DNA of 32,000 nt, from contig JANQLP010000162.1 in assembly GCA_028280515.1 (NCBI GenBank), forward strand, positions 58,092 through 90,091, written 5' to 3'. Below the pieces are notes generated by a model. The model saw nothing but the letters and a program-made list of their open reading frames with translations, searched no databases and was not told where the DNA came from. The position numbers and the translations under genes are program-made. Positions 29,588 to 32,000 of the stretch are shown piece after piece; positions within the stretch are counted from its first letter, which is position 1; every line of letters starts with the position of its first letter. This stretch comes from Hyphomicrobiales bacterium (GTDB taxonomy: Bacteria; Pseudomonadota; Alphaproteobacteria; Rhizobiales; Methyloligellaceae).

Positions 29588-30313
29588 GTGCTTACAAACT
29601 CTCTCGGCCAGCCCATTGGCCATCCAGTCCCGGACTGGCAACCCGTTTCGCCACCGCCTCATACACCGATGGAAGGGGCATTCTGCCGTGTTGAACCGCT
29701 CGATATCGATGTTCATGCAAGCGCGCTGTTCAAGGCTTTTCGCATGGACAAGGACAACCGGAACTGGACCTATCTCGGTTATGGCCCGTTCGAGACCGAA
29801 GCCGGTCTCCGCGACTGGATGGCTGCATCCTGCACGGGCAATGATCCCTTCTTTCATGCGATTGTGGACAACGACACGGACGACGCCGTCGGCGTCGCGA
29901 GCTACCTCCGGATCGAGCCGGCAGTCGGCGTTATCGAAACCGGGCACATTCACTATTCACCCCTGCTGCAACGCCGGCCCGCCGCCACCGAGGCGATGTT
30001 CCTGATGATGCGGCGGGTCTTTTCCGAGCTCGGCTATCGCCGGTATGAGTGGAAATGCGATGCCCTCAATGCGCCGTCACGGCGCGCGGCCGAACGGCTC
30101 GGTTTTCGCTTTGAAGGGATCTTCCGCCAGGCAACGGTCTACAAGGGCCGCAATCGGGATAGCGCCTGGTATTCCATTCTCGACCGCGAATGGCCCTTGC
30201 TCGAGCGTGCCTTTTGCCAGTGGCTCGATCCTGACAATTTCGATGAGCGCGGCCGGCAGAAAACCAGTCTGGCGGCATTCACGGAAAACGTGGAACGGGC
30301 TGAATCCGCTTAG
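29588..30313 (+). CDS. GNAT-family N-acetyltransferase (RimJ/RimL-like); ORF open from 29501
   Basis: ETGHIHYSPLLQRRPAATEAMFLMMRRVFSELGYRRYEWKCDALNAPSRRAAERLGFRFEGIFRQATVYKGRNRDSAWYSILDREW. Confidence 0.85.
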   Translation: MLTNSLGQPIGHPVPDWQPVSPPPHTPMEGAFCRVEPLDIDVHASALFKAFRMDKDNRNWTYLGYGPFETEAGLRDWMAASCTGNDPFFHAIVDNDTDDAVGVASYLRIEPAVGVIETGHIHYSPLLQRRPAATEAMFLMMRRVFSELGYRRYEWKCDALNAPSRRAAERLGFRFEGIFRQATVYKGRNRDSAWYSILDREWPLLERAFCQWLDPDNFDERGRQKTSLAAFTENVERAESA

Positions 30314-30421
30314 CGCAAGGATGCCCGTTCTACGCAACACGGCGCGACCATGTGTATATCGCCGCCCGCACTTGCGGCACGCCGACTGGCAGATCTTCCG
30401 GCTTAAAAGTACAGGCCCTGC

Positions 30422-31123
30422 TTACAGGTCGATCGCTTCCCCGACTTTCGCAACCACCACGTTCTGCCCCTTCGCATGGTCGATGAACTTATCGGGGGTC
30501 TGGTCGATGATCGGGAACGTGCCGTAGTGGATCGGGATCACGGTATCGAACTTGAAGAATTTGCCGCACGCCATCGCCGCGGTGCGCGCGCCCATGGTGA
30601 AGCGGTCACCGACCGGCACGAGCCCGACCTTCGGCTCAAAAATCTCGTTGATCAGGCCCATGTCGCCGAAAATCTCCGTGTCGCCCATGTGATACACGGT
30701 CGGTCCGCCCTTGGAGCGGATCACAAGCCCGCACGGATTACCGAGATAGATGGGCACGCCGTCGACCATGGTGCTGGCGGAGTGGTACGCCTTGACGAAG
30801 CTCACGTCGAAATCGCCGCAATCGATGGTGCCGCCCGGGTTGGCCGGCTCCATTTTTTCCACACCCTTGTTCGCGAGGTGGCTGACCAGTTCGAACACGC
30901 CGATCACGGTCGCATTGGTGCGTTTGGCGATATCGACCGTATCGCCCACATGGTCGTCGTGCCCGTGTGTGAGGGCGATGTGGGTGGTGCCGTCGCGGGC
31001 CTGTTCGATCGGCGTGCCGCTCTCCTCGAAGACGCCGTTTCCGGTCAGGAAAGGATCGATCAGCAGCACGCTCGATCCTGTTTCGATGCGAAAGGCCGAG
31101 TGCCCGAGCCAGGTCAGTTTCAT
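30422..31123 (-). CDS. Metal-dependent hydrolase, UPF0173 / MBL-fold
   Basis: MKLTWLGHSAFRIETGSSVLLIDPFLTGN, THIALTHGHDDHVGDTVDIAKR, HYGTFPII. Confidence 0.88.
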   Translation of the reverse strand: MKLTWLGHSAFRIETGSSVLLIDPFLTGNGVFEESGTPIEQARDGTTHIALTHGHDDHVGDTVDIAKRTNATVIGVFELVSHLANKGVEKMEPANPGGTIDCGDFDVSFVKAYHSASTMVDGVPIYLGNPCGLVIRSKGGPTVYHMGDTEIFGDMGLINEIFEPKVGLVPVGDRFTMGARTAAMACGKFFKFDTVIPIHYGTFPIIDQTPDKFIDHAKGQNVVVAKVGEAIDL

Positions 31124-31259
31124 AAGTCCCTCCAATGCGATGTAGGATGGTTGGCGTTGTTTTCAGTATTGCGTGCAGTATAAAGCCGCAACCGGTTCCA
31201 ACAACAAGATCGGGAATTAAATCGGTGCGTTATGCCGCGCCTGTCCTGGACACCACCAT

Positions 31260-31748
31260 ATGGCCGAAACCGAAACGCTGACGCTTGAAGGCCTTGCCGC
31301 GCACCTGCCGGCCGGGACCCGCCTTCTCGGTCTGGACCTCGGCACGAAGACCATCGGCCTCGCCCTCTCCGATACGTCCCGCCGCGTGGCCTCGCCCCTT
31401 GAGACCATCCCCCGGAAGAAATTCACACAAGACGTCAAATTGCTCATGGAAGCCGTCGAAAAGCATGATGTCTCGGCACTTGTCATTGGGCTGCCACTGA
31501 ACCTTGACGGCTCGGAGGGCCCGCGCAGCCAGGCAACCCGGGCATTCGTCCGCAACCTGCGCCAGCACACCGATCTGCCCGTGGTCTATTGGGATGAGCG
31601 CCTGTCGACCGTGGCGGCGGAGCGCACGCTTCTGGAAGCCGACACCAGCCGAAAGCGCCGGGCCGAGGTTATCGACAAGATGGCGGCCGCCTTCATCCTG
31701 CAGGGGGCCCTCGACCGCCTGAGCAACATCGCGGCAAACGAGAGCTGA
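31260..31748 (+). CDS. ruvX: Holliday junction resolvase-like protein RuvX/YqgF
   Basis: [73 protein letters not shown]. Confidence 0.92.
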   Translation: MAETETLTLEGLAAHLPAGTRLLGLDLGTKTIGLALSDTSRRVASPLETIPRKKFTQDVKLLMEAVEKHDVSALVIGLPLNLDGSEGPRSQATRAFVRNLRQHTDLPVVYWDERLSTVAAERTLLEADTSRKRRAEVIDKMAAAFILQGALDRLSNIAANES

Positions 31749-31760
31749 GGAGAACCGGCC

Positions 31761-32000
31761 ATGTCAGGAGTGACCATTCTCGACATCGTTGCGGTGGCCT
31801 GGTTCTTTCTAATGACCATCGGATACGCCTTTGCCACCAACAAGGGCTTCCTGTCCCATGGTGGAATTGTCCAGGCCATCAACCAGAGGCGCGAGGAATG
31901 GATGGCCAACATGGCCATGCGGGACAACCGCATGGTCGACATTCAGGTGCTGGCCAACCTCGCGCGCGGCAATTCGTTCTTCGCCTCGACGTCGGTTCTC
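31761..32000 (+). CDS. DUF599-like membrane protein, 3' truncated by window edge
   Basis: ATG 31761, open to window end: MSGVTILDIVAVAWFFLMTIGYAFATNKGFLSHGGIVQAINQRREEWMANMAMRDNRMVDIQVLANLARGNSFFASTSVL. Confidence 0.65.
   Translation, partial: MSGVTILDIVAVAWFFLMTIGYAFATNKGFLSHGGIVQAINQRREEWMANMAMRDNRMVDIQVLANLARGNSFFASTSVL

Overview
32 kb of a GC-rich, probably alphaproteobacterial chromosome, judged from gene content (IalB-family protein, TRAP transporter, UbiG, GatCAB) and codon bias. It is mostly core and metabolic genes. The standout locus is 6010-10520: ABC ATPase, periplasmic binding protein, permease, D-2-hydroxyacid dehydrogenase of the PtxD type, and a LysR regulator. This order matches the known ptxABCDE phosphite uptake and oxidation operon, so it is a described system and not a new one. 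Its details deserve follow-up: an 11-bp-periodic Pho-box-like array upstream, a perfect intercistronic hairpin between ptxB and ptxC, and an Asp-Arg pair at the cofactor-specificity position of PtxD. Other points of interest are a TrpF-like protein without the usual catalytic Cys, a perfect 19-bp palindrome at a GntR/HAD divergent promoter, a degenerate palindromic repeat cluster flanked by 14-bp direct repeats, paired palindromes that supply the stop codon of a TRAP dctP gene, a 39-aa secreted peptide gene, and an AT-rich patch carrying a lone EEP-family nuclease/phosphatase. I found no CRISPR array, rRNA, tRNA or intact transposase. Family assignments come from recalled motifs; no database search was run.
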